Below, piece after piece: positions 13,515-27,447 of a stretch of DNA of 64,000 bases (its first letter is position 1; every line of letters begins with the position of its first letter). Position numbers and translations under genes: made by a program. Below the pieces are notes generated by a model. It had not been told where the DNA came from. It searched no databases and saw only the letters and a program-made list of their open reading frames with translations. This stretch comes from Eledone cirrhosa (lineage: Eukaryota): the NCBI GenBank assembly GCA_964016885.1, contig OZ024761.1:7068001-7132000 (forward strand), in the 5' to 3' direction.

Positions 13515-14093
13515 AATGACAGCTGCATAAAAAGGTGCAGAGCACTAGAAGTTGATGGAGACCGTGGGGAGACCCAAGAAGACCTGGGATGAGGTGATAA
13601 AAGCCGACCTTACCCAATTACACCTCTCCAAGGCGATGACACACGACCGTGATCTCTAGCATCACGCAGTAATACAGAGTACCTGACCTCCCATGGGTAC
13701 AAGCTGAAGCATATAGACAATATGCTCCCCCACTGTAAAGTGGACGTGTAGGCGCCACGGCAAAAAAGCACCCAGCCCACACTGTAAAGTGGACGTGTAG
13801 GCACCACGGCAAAAAAGCACCCAGCCCACACTGTAAAGTGGACATGTAGGCACCACGGCAAAAAAGCAACCAGCCCACACTGTAAAGTGGACGTGTAGGC
13901 GCCACGAAAAAGCACCCAGCACTCACTGTAAATGAGGTTGGTGTTAGGAAGGGCATCCAGCTGTAGAAATCAAGCCAGAATCAGTTCCTGTATGAGCAAG
14001 GCATGGTCAGCCGACCAGACACTGCCCACAACAGGACAACCCATCTAACCCATGCTAGCCTGGAAGAACGGACGTAAAACAGTGATGATGATG
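13515..14093 (+). mobile_element. RTE LINE 3' fragment followed by SINE-type tail with internal 49-bp tandem duplication (~4 copies, 13727-13930)
   Basis: [14 protein letters not shown] / [14 protein letters not shown] motifs; tail ggaagggcatccagctgtag...gatgatgatga. Confidence 0.7.
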
Positions 14094-14111
14094 ACACATA
14101 TATATATATAT

Positions 14112-14154
<43 letters not shown>

Positions 14155-14323
14155 TACATATATACACACACACACATATATATGTATATATATATATATA
14201 TAAATGAAAGGTATAGAAATTGTTGTAGCGAGAAGCTAACAGTATTCCATAACATATATGTGACTATAGCGTCAAATGTATATATATATATATATATATA
14301 CACACACATATATATATACACAC

Positions 14324-14354
<31 letters not shown>

Positions 14355-14355
14355 T

Positions 14356-14388
<33 letters not shown>

Positions 14389-14701
14389 CATATATATATA
14401 TACACACATATATATATATACACACATATATATATATATATACACACACATATATATATATATACACATATATATATATACACACATATATATATATATA
14501 TACACACATATATATACATATACACATATATATATATATACATATACACATATACACATATATATATATATATATATACACATATATATATATACACATA
14601 TATATACATATACACATATATATATATACATATACACATATATATATATATATACACACACATATATATATATACACATATATATATATATATATACACA
14701 C

Positions 14702-14740
<39 letters not shown>

Positions 14741-14761
14741 CACATATATATATATATATAT

Positions 14762-14908
<147 letters not shown>

Positions 14909-14954
14909 TATTTATATATATACACATATATATTTATATATATATTTATATATG

Positions 14955-15046
14955 GGAATGAGTAGGACCCCAACGGCTGAGCTCAAGCCGTTTCGAATTA
15001 GCTGTCGAAACAGCTTGAGCTGAGCCGTCGGGGTCCTACTCGTTCC
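14955..15046. repeat. Hairpin with 42-bp arms (38/42 complementary), 8-nt loop
   Basis: ggaatgagtaggacccc...gtttcga / tcgaaac...ggggtcctactcgttcc, beside a (TA)n tract. Confidence 0.9.
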
Positions 15047-15130
15047 TATTACCCACTCTACTACCCTAAGTATTGAGTACTTTGGTGCGTTATGGTCCAT
15101 CTGGTTCCTTACCACATTTCCTTCGTTATA

Positions 15131-15197
<67 letters not shown>

Positions 15198-15722
15198 GTA
15201 ATCTGAGTTTTTCGAATATTAATAATAACATTCGATTCGTTTGCAATTATGCAAACAAACCTCAATTTTATAGCCATGTCAGTAGAATGAACCCTTCATT
15301 CTTGTTCTTGTGTTGGCATGGAAATAGAACTGCAGACACTAATGTTTCTGGGTATCACCCTTCATCAGTACAGCTCACTGTTCATCTGCCAAACTGTCAG
15401 AGCTAGTGAAAATATATACTATTTTCAAAAATACACAGTGACTGATCGGCCTGATTTGCATATTAGCAGACTGGCTGATCAGTCAGATCTGTATATTAGC
15501 AGATCCACTGATCAACCAGATTTCCATATCAACAGACTGACTGATCAGGCCAATCAGTCACTGTGTATATCAGGGTATATGAGGGTATTACATGGCCGCG
15601 AGTGGCGTGGGGGTGGGGCAAAATGTTTGAGAACCTCTGGGTTAAATGGAAATATGGAGGGTGGAGGGGTGAGTTAGTTGAAATCCCTGTTTAACTATCT
15701 TCTATATTATATTGTTGGGCAG

Positions 15723-15850
15723 TATTACTTATCTGTGGCCAGAGGAGTGGACATTCATTGAGGCCAGCTGTACAGTTGATATACAGATTACTGTCCACAA
15801 ACAACAAACTCCTAGTGACCCTGAACAGCCTTCATTGATCTGTAAACCTG
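15723..15850 (+). CDS. USP48: USP48 exon: ITYLWPEEWTFIEASCTVDIQITVHK...SLICKP
   Basis: gcag acceptor, g|gtaagt donor, phase 2 to 1; resembles IALIWPSEW..I....VDHVIKI. Confidence 0.88.
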
Positions 15851-15855
15851 GTAAG

Positions 15856-15903
<48 letters not shown>

Positions 15904-15930
15904 CATATATATATATATGTCTCTCTATAC

Positions 15931-15964
<34 letters not shown>

Positions 15965-15973
15965 CTCTCTCTC

Positions 15974-16008
<35 letters not shown>

Positions 16009-16211
16009 CTCTCTCTCTCTCTCTATATATATATACATATATATATATATGTCTCTCTCTCTCTCGCGCTCTCTCTCTCTCTCTCGCTCTCTCTCTCTCT
16101 CTCGCGCTCTCTCTCTCTCTCTCTCTCTCCCCCCCCCCCTCTCTCTCTCTCTCGCTCTCTCTCTCTCTCGCTCTCTCTCTCCCTCTCCCCCCTCTCTCTC
16201 TCTCCCCCCTA

Positions 16212-16248
<37 letters not shown>

Positions 16249-16284
16249 CATTCCTCTATCTCTTTGTCTCTCTAATATGACCAG

Positions 16285-16523
16285 CTGTCTGCCAGGACTG
16301 TGTCCTGTCCAGACTCCAGCAGGAAGAACAGCAACGGTTTGAGTACTCTGGTGCCAAGATCTACGTGCGGAAGGTGTTGAAGGATTGGCAGCAGTTGAAG
16401 ACAACCATGGGCTACACGAACCTCTGCACCACCCCTACTGTACCACCACCACCACCTACTCCCAACACTGCACCAACAACAGCGCCATCTGCTGACGACT
16501 CTGATAAGGACCTTGACTTTCAG
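16285..16523 (+). CDS. USP48: USP48 exon: VCQDCVLSRLQQEEQQRFEYSGAKIYVRKV...DDSDKDLDFQ
   Basis: ccag acceptor, cag|gtaaga donor, phase 1 to 0; resembles LCPECREG...EYTQATIYVHKV...KDPDF. Confidence 0.9.
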
Positions 16524-16700
16524 GTAAGATGTGTCTCTTGGCTAGCACTCACCACCACCATCACCATGATCTCTTCAGGGAAGTGACCCTGCTCCATATT
16601 TAGAAAATGAGTAGGCATAAACTCTAAATGATGTACACAATTTAAATCGATGTTGTGGGATAACAAATACACTAACAAGAAGGGAAGACTTTGTATTTAA

Positions 16701-17833
16701 CTCTTTACATTACTCTATATATACTATTGTATTTTCACAGTAAAGGCTTTACCTCACATAACATCTCACATAACATTTACATTACTCTATATATACTATT
16801 GTATTTTCACAGTAAAGACTTTACCTCACATAATATCTCACATACCATTTACATTACTCTATATATACTATTGTATTTTCACAGTAAAGGCTTTACCTCA
16901 CATAATATCTCACATACCATTTACATTACTCTATATATACTATTTTATTTTCACAGTAAAGGCTTTACCTCACATAACATTTACATTACTCTATATATAC
17001 TATTTTATTTTCACAGTAAAGGCTTTACCTCACATATCTCACATACCATTTACATTACTCTATATATACTATTGTATTTTCACAGTAAAGGCTTTACCTC
17101 ACATAACATTTACATTACTCTATATATACTATTTTATTTTCACAGTAAAGGCTTTACCTCACATAATATCTCACATAACATTTACATTACTCTATATATA
17201 CTATTTTATTTTCACAGTAAAGGCTTTACCTCACATAATATCTCACATAATATTTACATTACTCTATATATACTATTGTATTTTCACAGTAAAGGCTTTA
17301 CCTCACATAACATTTACATTACTCTATATATACTATTTTATTTTCACAGTAAAGGCTTTACCTCACATAATATCTCACATACCATTTACATTACTCTATA
17401 TATACTATTTTATTTTCACAGTAAAGGCTTTACCTTACATAACATTTACATTACTCTATATATACTATTTTATTTTCACAGTAAAGGCTTTACCTCACAT
17501 AACATTTACATTACTCTATATATACTATTTTATTTTCACAGTAAAGGCTTTACCTCACATATCTCACATACCATTTACATTACTCTATATATACTATTGT
17601 ATTTTCACAGTAAAGGCTTTACCTCACATAACATTTACATTACTCTATATATACTATTGTATTTTCACAGTAAAGGCTTTACCTCACATAATATCTCACA
17701 TAATATCAAATCTATGAGATTTTAATATTATTTATTTTGAGAACAATACCTTAACATCGATATGAGCGGCCGATTACGACTGGTTTGAAGAGAAAGAGGT
17801 GAGAGAATTCTGGCTGGTTTAAATGCTAAAGGG
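16701..17833 (+). mobile_element. piggyBac-like MITE with internal 60/72-bp minisatellite (16707-17703)
   Basis: TTAA at 16697-16700 and 17834-17837; right TIR taaatgctaaaggg. Confidence 0.8.
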
Positions 17834-17839
17834 TTAAAA

Positions 17840-18240
17840 GATGCACAGGAGTAATTGATGGGAAGAACGTCGGTGATATAAACATTTTCCAATCACATGA
17901 AAGATCGATAGAAGTGGTTAATAACTTCTGCTCTCTAAGTGACTTAATTAGCAGTGGAGGAAGATGCTCTGGGAACATAATAGCTAGAAGTTTAGAGAAC
18001 TACTTCCACTGTTGACAACAAAAGGTTTCTCCCTACGTACAAAACAATGGTTTTATGAACGCCTGTGGGTGAAGTGGAATGCTGCATGGTAGTGAAACAT
18101 GGGCAGTCTCGACAGGGGACAAGCATAGGCTGGAGAGAAATGAAGCAACCATGCTTTGTTGGATGTACAATATAAATGTGAGAGAAAGGCAGAGCTTGGA
18201 TGAACTGAGAGAGAAATTGTGTTTAAGAGGAGTCAAACAT
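17840..18240 (+). mobile_element. Decayed RTE LINE post-RT fragment
   Basis: Reads FRELLPLLTTKGFSLR / MLHGSETWAV..DKHRLERNEATMLCWMYNI with frameshifts. Confidence 0.75.
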
Positions 18241-18620
18241 AATGGAAAACCATAAGTAGTGTCTATCATTAGAAATATGGTAACGAAAAAGATTTACTCG
18301 CAATTGTCAGTGTGTGCCATCACTGTATATATACAGTTGTCCCCCGATATTCACGGGTCACATTCCCAGAGTACCCGTCAAGAGTGAAAAACTGAGAATA
18401 TTAGACGTGGTCCATAAAAAATATAACATAAAATATAATAAAAAGAGGGAGAATCTTATGCAAAGGGGTGTCCAATAGGCTGGCAAATACTGTATATTGT
18501 TGTTAATAATTTAGTGTTAAAATATATATATTGCCACGAAAAAAGACATTTAAAAAATTGCAGAAGATATTTACGATCCCATGAATATGGGGTGGTTTCC
18601 ATGAACAATGCCGGGGTACA

Positions 18621-18671
<51 letters not shown>

Positions 18672-19004
18672 TTGTACGCAAATGGCGGACAACAGAGGCC
18701 ACGTACCGTTCCTCTCCGACTAAAAACTTTCCCCCTCGGAAAAACCCCCAGTTGATGGATGCGAAATCTGAAATACAGGGACAATTAAATCTCTCCCAAG
18801 GTAACTCTATCTCAAGTTATTATTTTTACACTCTTTCCTACGTTCCTCTACACACTATACGTCTCATGCTACACTCCCTTACACCTCTCTCTTCACCACC
18901 GGATTCTGTTACCCGGAGATTTACCCATCTGCATTATTGAGGCTTCCAAAACGACCAAATTTTTTATTATTCCACAATGCTTCAAGCAAACTTCAATACT
19001 CTCT

Positions 19005-19035
<31 letters not shown>

Positions 19036-19071
19036 GTGTATATATGTATATATATATATATATATATATAC

Positions 19072-19179
<108 letters not shown>

Positions 19180-19195
19180 GTGTATATATATATAT

Positions 19196-19240
<45 letters not shown>

Positions 19241-19256
19241 TGTATATATATGTATA

Positions 19257-19336
<80 letters not shown>

Positions 19337-19343
19337 TATATAC

Positions 19344-19398
<55 letters not shown>

Positions 19399-19736
19399 AG
19401 GGATAACAAAATATTGTTATAGGTAATCCAGTTAGAGGTTGTGAATACTTCGTATTGTGGATAGTTTTAGTGTACGGCGTTGTTTGACTCAACAAGAGTC
19501 TTTTCTCTTCTTTTTCTCTTCTTTTTCTCTTCTTTTTCTCTTCTTTTTCTCTTCTTTTCTCTCTATCCTTTTCTTTTTTCCTTTTTCTCTTTTTCTCTTT
19601 ATTAATCATGTTGTAATTTGAATTCATAGAAATTGAGTGGCTCAGCTTCAAGTGTTCAGCAATTTTTAGACAACTTAATCAGTGAAACAATTGTTAAGAC
19701 TAAATAAAACCCCCTTTTTTGTACTGTTGACCATCT

Positions 19737-19769
<33 letters not shown>

Positions 19770-19771
<2 letters not shown>

Positions 19772-20081
19772 TCAGGAAAGAAGAGTGACACGGTTTGCTA
19801 TACAAAAAAAGTTTTTAATCTCATTGCTGACAATTGTTTCACTGAACTGGTATGTCTAGAAATCGCTACACGCTTGTTTTCACGCCATTCGATCACCAAT
19901 ACATAGTTGTATTGTCACAAGCTCCGATGAATTGACTGGTTACAACTATGTATTGGTGATCGAATGACGTGAAAACAAGCGGGTAGCGATCTCTAGACCT
20001 ACCAGTTCAGAGAAACAATTGTCAGCGATGAGATTAAAAACCTTTTTTGTATAGCAAACCGTGTCACTCTTCTTTCCTGAT
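19770..20081. repeat. Fold-back element, ~141-bp arms, ~30-nt loop, with degenerate hammerhead-like motif
   Basis: Both strands translate to near-identical peptides in the ORF track (SGKKSDTVCYTKKVFN...), confirming the inversion. Confidence 0.92.
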
Positions 20082-20295
20082 TTATCATTACTCCAAGTGC
20101 TTACACCATAGAAATTACCTCGTACTCGCAGCATCACTATGGAAATGCCTTGTTGAGTCAAACTTAGCCAAGCGTTGATATTATTCACTACTTGGAGTAC
20201 CCTAACTGGACTACACCTAAGTGGCCTACCTTAAACAATAATCTGTTACCCCGTATATATATATATGTGTGTGTGTTTTTTGCAATATTTTTCAG

Positions 20296-21006
20296 GCTGG
20301 AGGTAAACGACCCAAAGTCAGCCTCTTATCAGATGTCACCATTAATATCAACGCCACAACTACAACCAATATTACGAACTGTATTGCCACCACAACCAAC
20401 AACAACACTACTGCTACCACAATCACTACAAATACTGTCATCTATAGTACTGATACTACCGGAAATACTCCTACTACAACAGAAGCAATAGCAGCAACTC
20501 CTGATACTACTACTCTTACTACTACAACAGAAGCAATAGCAGCAACTCCTGATACTACTACTCTTACTACTACAACAGAAGCAATAGCAGCAACTCCTGA
20601 TACTACTACTCTTACTACTACTACAACAAAAACTATAGCAGCAACTCCTGATACTACTACTCTTACTACTACAACAGAAGCAATAGCAGCAACACCTGAT
20701 ACTACTACTACTACAACAGAAGCAATAGCAGCAGCAACTACTACTACTAAAACAGAAGCAATAGCAGCAGCAATTACTACTACTACTACTACTACTACAT
20801 CAGTACCAAATACATCGTTATCATTATCATCATCTTCATTGTCATCATCATCATCATCATCATTGCCAACAGGAGATGGTGTCACCAAGCAAGTGGCAGC
20901 CCTGGGGGACAGTTCTGTACGACGAAGTCATCGTCATCGAAGGATGCGGGGTGAGAAGGAGGTGGTTGTCTCGTCCACAGATACACTGAGAGACTTGAAG
21001 CTTCAG
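20296..21006 (+). CDS. USP48: USP48 exon with Thr/Ala/Ser-rich insertion: AGGKRPKV...VRRSHRHRRMRGEKEVVVSSTDTLRDLKLQ
   Basis: tttcag acceptor, cag|gttagt donor, phase 0/0, open for 711 nt; ends resemble GGTKRQKI and [30 protein letters not shown]. Confidence 0.85.
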
Positions 21007-22362
21007 GTTAGTTACTTCCTCCCTCACACTCATCCCTCTCTAATCCTCCTCTCTCTCTCTCTCCTCCCTCTCTCTTACTCTTTCCTCCTCCCCTTCCCCT
21101 CTCTCTTTCCTCCTCCCCTTCCCCTCACTCTTTCCTCCTCCCATTCCCCCCTCTCTCTCCCCCCATTCCCCCCTCTCTCTCCCTCTCTTTCCTCCTCTCC
21201 CTCTCTCTCTCTCACTCTTTCCTCCTCTCTCTCTCTTTCACTCTTTCCTTCCTCCCCTCCCCTTCCCCCTCTCCCCCTCTCCCCTCCCCTTCCCCCCTCT
21301 CTGTCTTTCTTCCCTCTCTCTTACTCTTTCCTCCTCCCTCTCCCTCACTTCCCCTCATATATGTGTATCTATATCTCTGTTTACATCTGTCTTAAATTGG
21401 TGTTGTGGTCTACATTATGCCCCTTTATATTCCATAACTTAGCAGTTGGCAAACAAAGATTGATAAAAGGAGTGCCTCCTTATGTGTATGCGTATATATA
21501 TATATATATATATATATAGACATGTCTACATATATCCATTTTAGAGTAGTTACACCGTATCTTTACGGGTCATAAGAGCTGATTAAAAGGGTTGAGGTGA
21601 GGAAGGACATCTGGCTGTAAAACCTTAAAATAGAGCCTATGATGTGGAGGTTATGAAGGGGCTCTCGATTAACCCCTGCTTTAGCCTTTACATTACTCTA
21701 TATATACTATTATATTTTCATGGTAAAGGCTTCATCTCACATAATATTGAATCTGCCTGACTGTAAACCATGTATCATTGCATAGACATGGTTGTTCCAC
21801 GTTTCTCAAAAGGATGATGGAAGTTCCAATCTTTTATATTATATGTAGATATAGATATAGATAATTAATATAAAAGATGTCCGTCAATGTAAAAAAAGGT
21901 CCCTATTCACTCCGTTCACAACACTGTGTATGTTAGATTGACAGACAGGCACACAGACAGATAAACAGCGTGGCGATTGTGGAACGCCACACACATACAC
22001 GCATGGAATCGCGCACACGCACGCAAACTTTCACATGCACACACTCACACATGTTGATAGTTTTACTTTCTGTGGAACGCTGCACGCACGCACACACGCA
22101 TAAACATACGTACATACGCACGCATGTTAATAGTTATTGCTTTCCTTCCCCTCTTATTTCCACACACATCACACACACACATGTCTCTACACTGACACAT
22201 ATAGCGTTCACTCCCTCCCCTCTCACTCCCTCATTGGCATTATGCATATTAATTTCAGTTTGGCGTCGTTGAGGTGGGCGGAGTCATTTGAAACCTATGA
22301 TCCAATGATAATCGAGAATTATGACACACGGAATACTGACGTTGTTCAAATTAATATATAGA

Positions 22363-23801
22363 TATACTATTGTATTTTCATAGTAAAGGCTTTACCTCAC
22401 ATAACATTTACATTACTCTATATATACTATTGTATTTTCATAGTAAAGGCTTTACCTCACATAACATTTACATTACTCTATATATACTATTGTATTTTCA
22501 TAGTAAAGGCTTTACCTCACATAACATTTACATTACTCTATATATACTATTGTATTTTCATAGTAAAGGCTTTACCTCACATAACATTTACATTACTCTA
22601 TATATACTATTGTATTTTCATAGTAAAGGCTTTACCTCACATAACATTTACATTACTCTATATATACTATTGTATTTTCATAGTAAAGGCTTTACCTCAC
22701 ATAACATTTACATTACTCTATATATACTATTGTATTTTCATAGTAAAGGCTTTACCTCACATAACATTTACATTACTCTATATATACTATTGTATTTTCA
22801 TAGTAAAGGCTTTACCTTACATAACATTTACATTACTCTATATATACTATTGTATTTTCATAGTAAAGGCTTTACCTCACATAACATTTACATTACTCTA
22901 TATATACTATTGTATTTTCATAGTAAAGGCTTTACCTCACATGACATTTACATTACTCTATATTTATTAATGTATTTTCATGGTAAAGACTTTACCTCAC
23001 ATAACATTTACATTACTATATATATACTATTGTATTTTCATAGTAAAGGCTTTACCTCACATGACATTTACATTACTCTATATTTATTAATGTATTTTCA
23101 TGGTAAAGACTTTACCTCACATAACATTTACATTACTCTATATATACTATTGTATTTTCATAGTAAAGGCTTTACCTCACATGACATTTACATTACTCTA
23201 TATTTATTAATGTATTTTCATGGTAAAGACTTTACCTCACATAACATTTACATTACTCTATATATACTATTGTATTTTCATAGTAAAGGCTTTACCTCAC
23301 ATGACATTTACATTACTCTATATTTATTAATGTATTTTCATGGTAAAGACTTTACCTCACATAACATTTACATTACTCTATATATACTATTGTATTTTCA
23401 TAGTAAAGGCTTTACCTCACATGACATTTACATTACTCTATATTTATTAATGTATTTTCATAGTAAAGGCTTTACCTCACATGACATTTACATTACTCTA
23501 TATTTATTAATGTATTTTCATGGTAAAGACTTTACCTCACATAATATCTCACATAACATTTACATTACTTTCATCATCATCATCATCATCGTTTAACGTC
23601 CATCTTCCACGCTTGCATTTTCATGGTAAAGACTTTACCTTACATAATTTATCTCACATAATATAAAATCTATGAGGTTTTGATATTATTTATTTTGGGA
23701 ACAATACGTTAACATAATTATGAGCAACTGGTTATGGCCAGTTTAAACAGAAAGAAGTGAGATATTTGTGGCTGGTTATGGGTGGTTTAAATGCCGAAGG
23801 G
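22363..23801 (+). mobile_element. piggyBac-like MITE 3' part with 60-bp minisatellite (22363-23568, ~20 copies); a related left end lies at 21673-21753
   Basis: Right end aaatgccgaaggg|ttaa at 23789-23805; period 60 aligns with the 60-nt lines. Confidence 0.8.
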
Positions 23802-23861
23802 TTAAAGGGTTATTCTAAAGACTTCATTGGCACGCCAAGTATATATATGTCACTATATATA

Positions 23862-24090
23862 TGCATGGTGTGGATGTGGATGTTTTCAAGAAACATCTCG
23901 ACACCCTGCTATCCAGGATCCTGAATGAGCCCACAGCACGGCATGAGGGAAACCTAAGTGCAGCAGCAACGAACTCCCGCTTACACCAATGGTCAACCAA
24001 CACAGGCTGGAGACAAAATGTGTAGCAACAAGGGCGGTGCCCCAGCATGGCCTCAGCCGGATGGCTGGAACAGGTAAAAGAGTAAAAAGT
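23862..24090 (+). mobile_element. Probable CR1-clade LINE 3' end fragment
   Basis: Reads HGVDVDVFKKHLDTLLSRILNEP followed by a 3' tail ending gtaaaagagtaaaaag. Confidence 0.55.
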
Positions 24091-24604
24091 ATCTCCATCA
24101 TCCACTTTTCTAAAAAATAAATCATACACAAAACACCAGCACCAACAGTTTTGCAAGAGATGTCAACATGAATGGACCTGTTATTTTTATCTAAAGACAT
24201 TATTTCTAATTCCACCCCGCCAATCCCTTCAATCTTTCTTATTTCTCATTCTTTCTTGTGACGAAGGACTAGCATCCGAAACGTTAAGACCCTCTTCCTG
24301 CTATATCAAGTGTTAACCTAATATAACCCTTCCATATACTGTATCGAGTGTGTTGTTATTTCTGTTTACCTTTTACATATATATATGTATATATGTCTGT
24401 ATGTCACTATATATATATCACGATAAATTAACAGAGCCATAGGCCCTCGCCATTCCCTGTAAATAATGTGCTCAAAGGAGAAGAAATCCTGAGCTCTTTA
24501 AAATATAATATGTTGAAAAGGTAACACACCAGAGAGAGATATACAGTGTGCTATCAATAAAACGGAAAAAACCACACTGGTGGTTTTTTCCCTGTGTCTG
24601 TTTG

Positions 24605-24650
<46 letters not shown>

Positions 24651-24724
24651 TGTATATCACTATATATATATATATGTAATCTATATATATATATGTCTGT
24701 ATATCACTATATATATATATGTAA

Positions 24725-24755
<31 letters not shown>

Positions 24756-24794
24756 CTGTATATCACTATATATATATATATATATATATCTGTA

Positions 24795-24827
<33 letters not shown>

Positions 24828-24832
24828 CTGTA

Positions 24833-24886
<54 letters not shown>

Positions 24887-25094
24887 TATGTAGATACATC
24901 TACCAAAATATACGGTAGTGTCCAATCCGTATGAAGAACTCAATGTAATCCAAATATCATGAAAAGAGATAACATTTTTACATAGATCTATATGATATAC
25001 ATACCAACACACACATATATATCCTAGAAACGATCGTAAAATGATGAATTTTTTAATATAAGGAACTGTTTCTTTGTTTTCATTGTTTTTATTA

Positions 25095-25162
<68 letters not shown>

Positions 25163-25206
25163 AAGTTAAATAAAGGTCAAATGATTAAAATTTAGCTTCG
25201 TTTATT

Positions 25207-25261
25207 ACTGCTATATATATTTCAGTGACAGCCATCTTTGGCTGTGACCTCTTCAGGCAGT
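25207..25261 (-). ncRNA. Type I hammerhead ribozyme motif (candidate)
   Basis: Minus strand: actgc-CTGAAGA-ggtcacagcca aaga tggctgtcact-GAAA-tatata-TA-gcagt; 5-bp stem I, 10/11-pair stem II, palindromic stem III. Confidence 0.7.
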
Positions 25262-25416
25262 TTGATTTAGTATGGTATAGACAAGTTCATATGTTGTTGA
25301 GGTGTATAATATTGTCAATACTCTGATATGCCCAGTTCCTTGTTTGGTTGTTAATTCACTGTATATATATGTATATCACTATATATATATATGTATATAT
25401 ATGTATATCACTATAT

Positions 25417-25462
<46 letters not shown>

Positions 25463-25499
25463 TGATGTCTGTATGTCACTATATATATATATGTCTGTA

Positions 25500-25537
<38 letters not shown>

Positions 25538-25541
25538 TGTA

Positions 25542-25581
<40 letters not shown>

Positions 25582-25585
25582 TGTA

Positions 25586-25618
<33 letters not shown>

Positions 25619-25807
25619 GTCTGTATATCACTATATATATATATATATATATGAAAAGTGTAATTTTCTACACAAAACGAAGGTTATAGAGAAAATTGAG
25701 GTCGGTAATGGCACATGGAATATATGAGACAGAATACTTTTTTGTGAAAAAACATATAATTTTATAAGGTAAGGAAATAATAAAGGGTATAAAAAATGAC
25801 CGGTTTC

Positions 25808-25925
25808 GATGGGTCTGCAAAAGCCATCTTTTCAAATGTTGATTAATATTAAGAAAAATTAATAATACGAAGAGTTAAAATTTGAGATTTGAAAATTCAA
25901 GTATAAAATTCATTGTGTATATATA

Positions 25926-26000
<75 letters not shown>

Positions 26001-26480
26001 ATGTGTATATATGTGTGTATGTGTATATATGTGTATGTGTGTATGTATATGTATGTGTGTGTGTATATGTATATGTATATATATATATATATGTATATGT
26101 ATGTATGTGTGGATGAAGGTATGTGTGTATATATAGGTGTAAGTGCACTAAATCCCTTTCTATCACGCTCCACTCTCCTACCCACCACAGGAAGATATGT
26201 GTATGTATATTGCTTCCACCCCCTCACTGACCAGCAGCTGGCCAGTTGGCCATTGCTAAATCTGACCTTTATAAAATAACCCACACCCCAAATAACTTCT
26301 CATTCACTACCAGAAAGGGACACAGCAGTCAACCTGTTGTTGCTACCTAGATGAAAACTACTATGAAATCCCACAATGAATTTTATACTTGAATTTTCAA
26401 ATCTCAAATTTTAACTCTTCGTATTATTAATTTTTCTTTATATTAATCAACATTTGAAAAGATGGCTTTTGCAGACCCAT
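25808..26480. repeat. Inverted repeat, ~110-bp arms (25808-25917 / 26372-26480) around a ~450-bp spacer
   Basis: atgggtctgcaaaagccatc...aattcattgtg vs cacaatgaatt...gatggcttttgcagacccat. Confidence 0.9.
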
Positions 26481-26482
26481 TT

Positions 26483-26559
<77 letters not shown>

Positions 26560-26586
26560 CACTATATATATATCACTATATATATA

Positions 26587-27072
<486 letters not shown>

Positions 27073-27396
27073 CATCATCATCATCTCATTTTACGTCCAC
27101 TTTTTCCCTGCTTGCAAGGGTGGGACAGGAACTGATTCTGGCTTGATTTCTACAGCTGGATGCCCTTCCTAACACCACCATGCAAACGTGGTGGACGTTA
27201 AACGATGATGATGATATATATATAAGATCAAAAGATGGTTAAAAGAGTTCCATGTATTTTATTATGCACATTTCAAAAACAAATATCATCATGCGATGAC
27301 ATTTGCGTTTTCGTCAGATAAAATAGGGAGACATGATATGAAGGTTAAAAAACACTTGTGAATAGTGCAGTTTTAAATCAACATAAACTCACCACC

Positions 27397-27435
<39 letters not shown>

Positions 27436-27447
27436 GTCTGTAAATCA

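Noticed and set aside
15439-15555. 33-bp degenerate repeat reading TDRPDLHISRL x3-4 as a possible extra USP48 exon
   Set aside because: Acceptor at 15438 gives phase 1, incompatible with the flanking phase-2 intron; no convincing donor
15595-15640. hAT MITE end similar to 7902
   Set aside because: Only one terminus, no TSD pair
18333-18420. Possible Tigger/pogo-like terminus (ta|cagttgtcccccg)
   Set aside because: No matching second TIR found
21007-21519. Extension of ORF 20269-21519 past the exon
   Set aside because: Polypyrimidine low-complexity intron after the cag|gttagt donor; USP48 homology resumes at 29091
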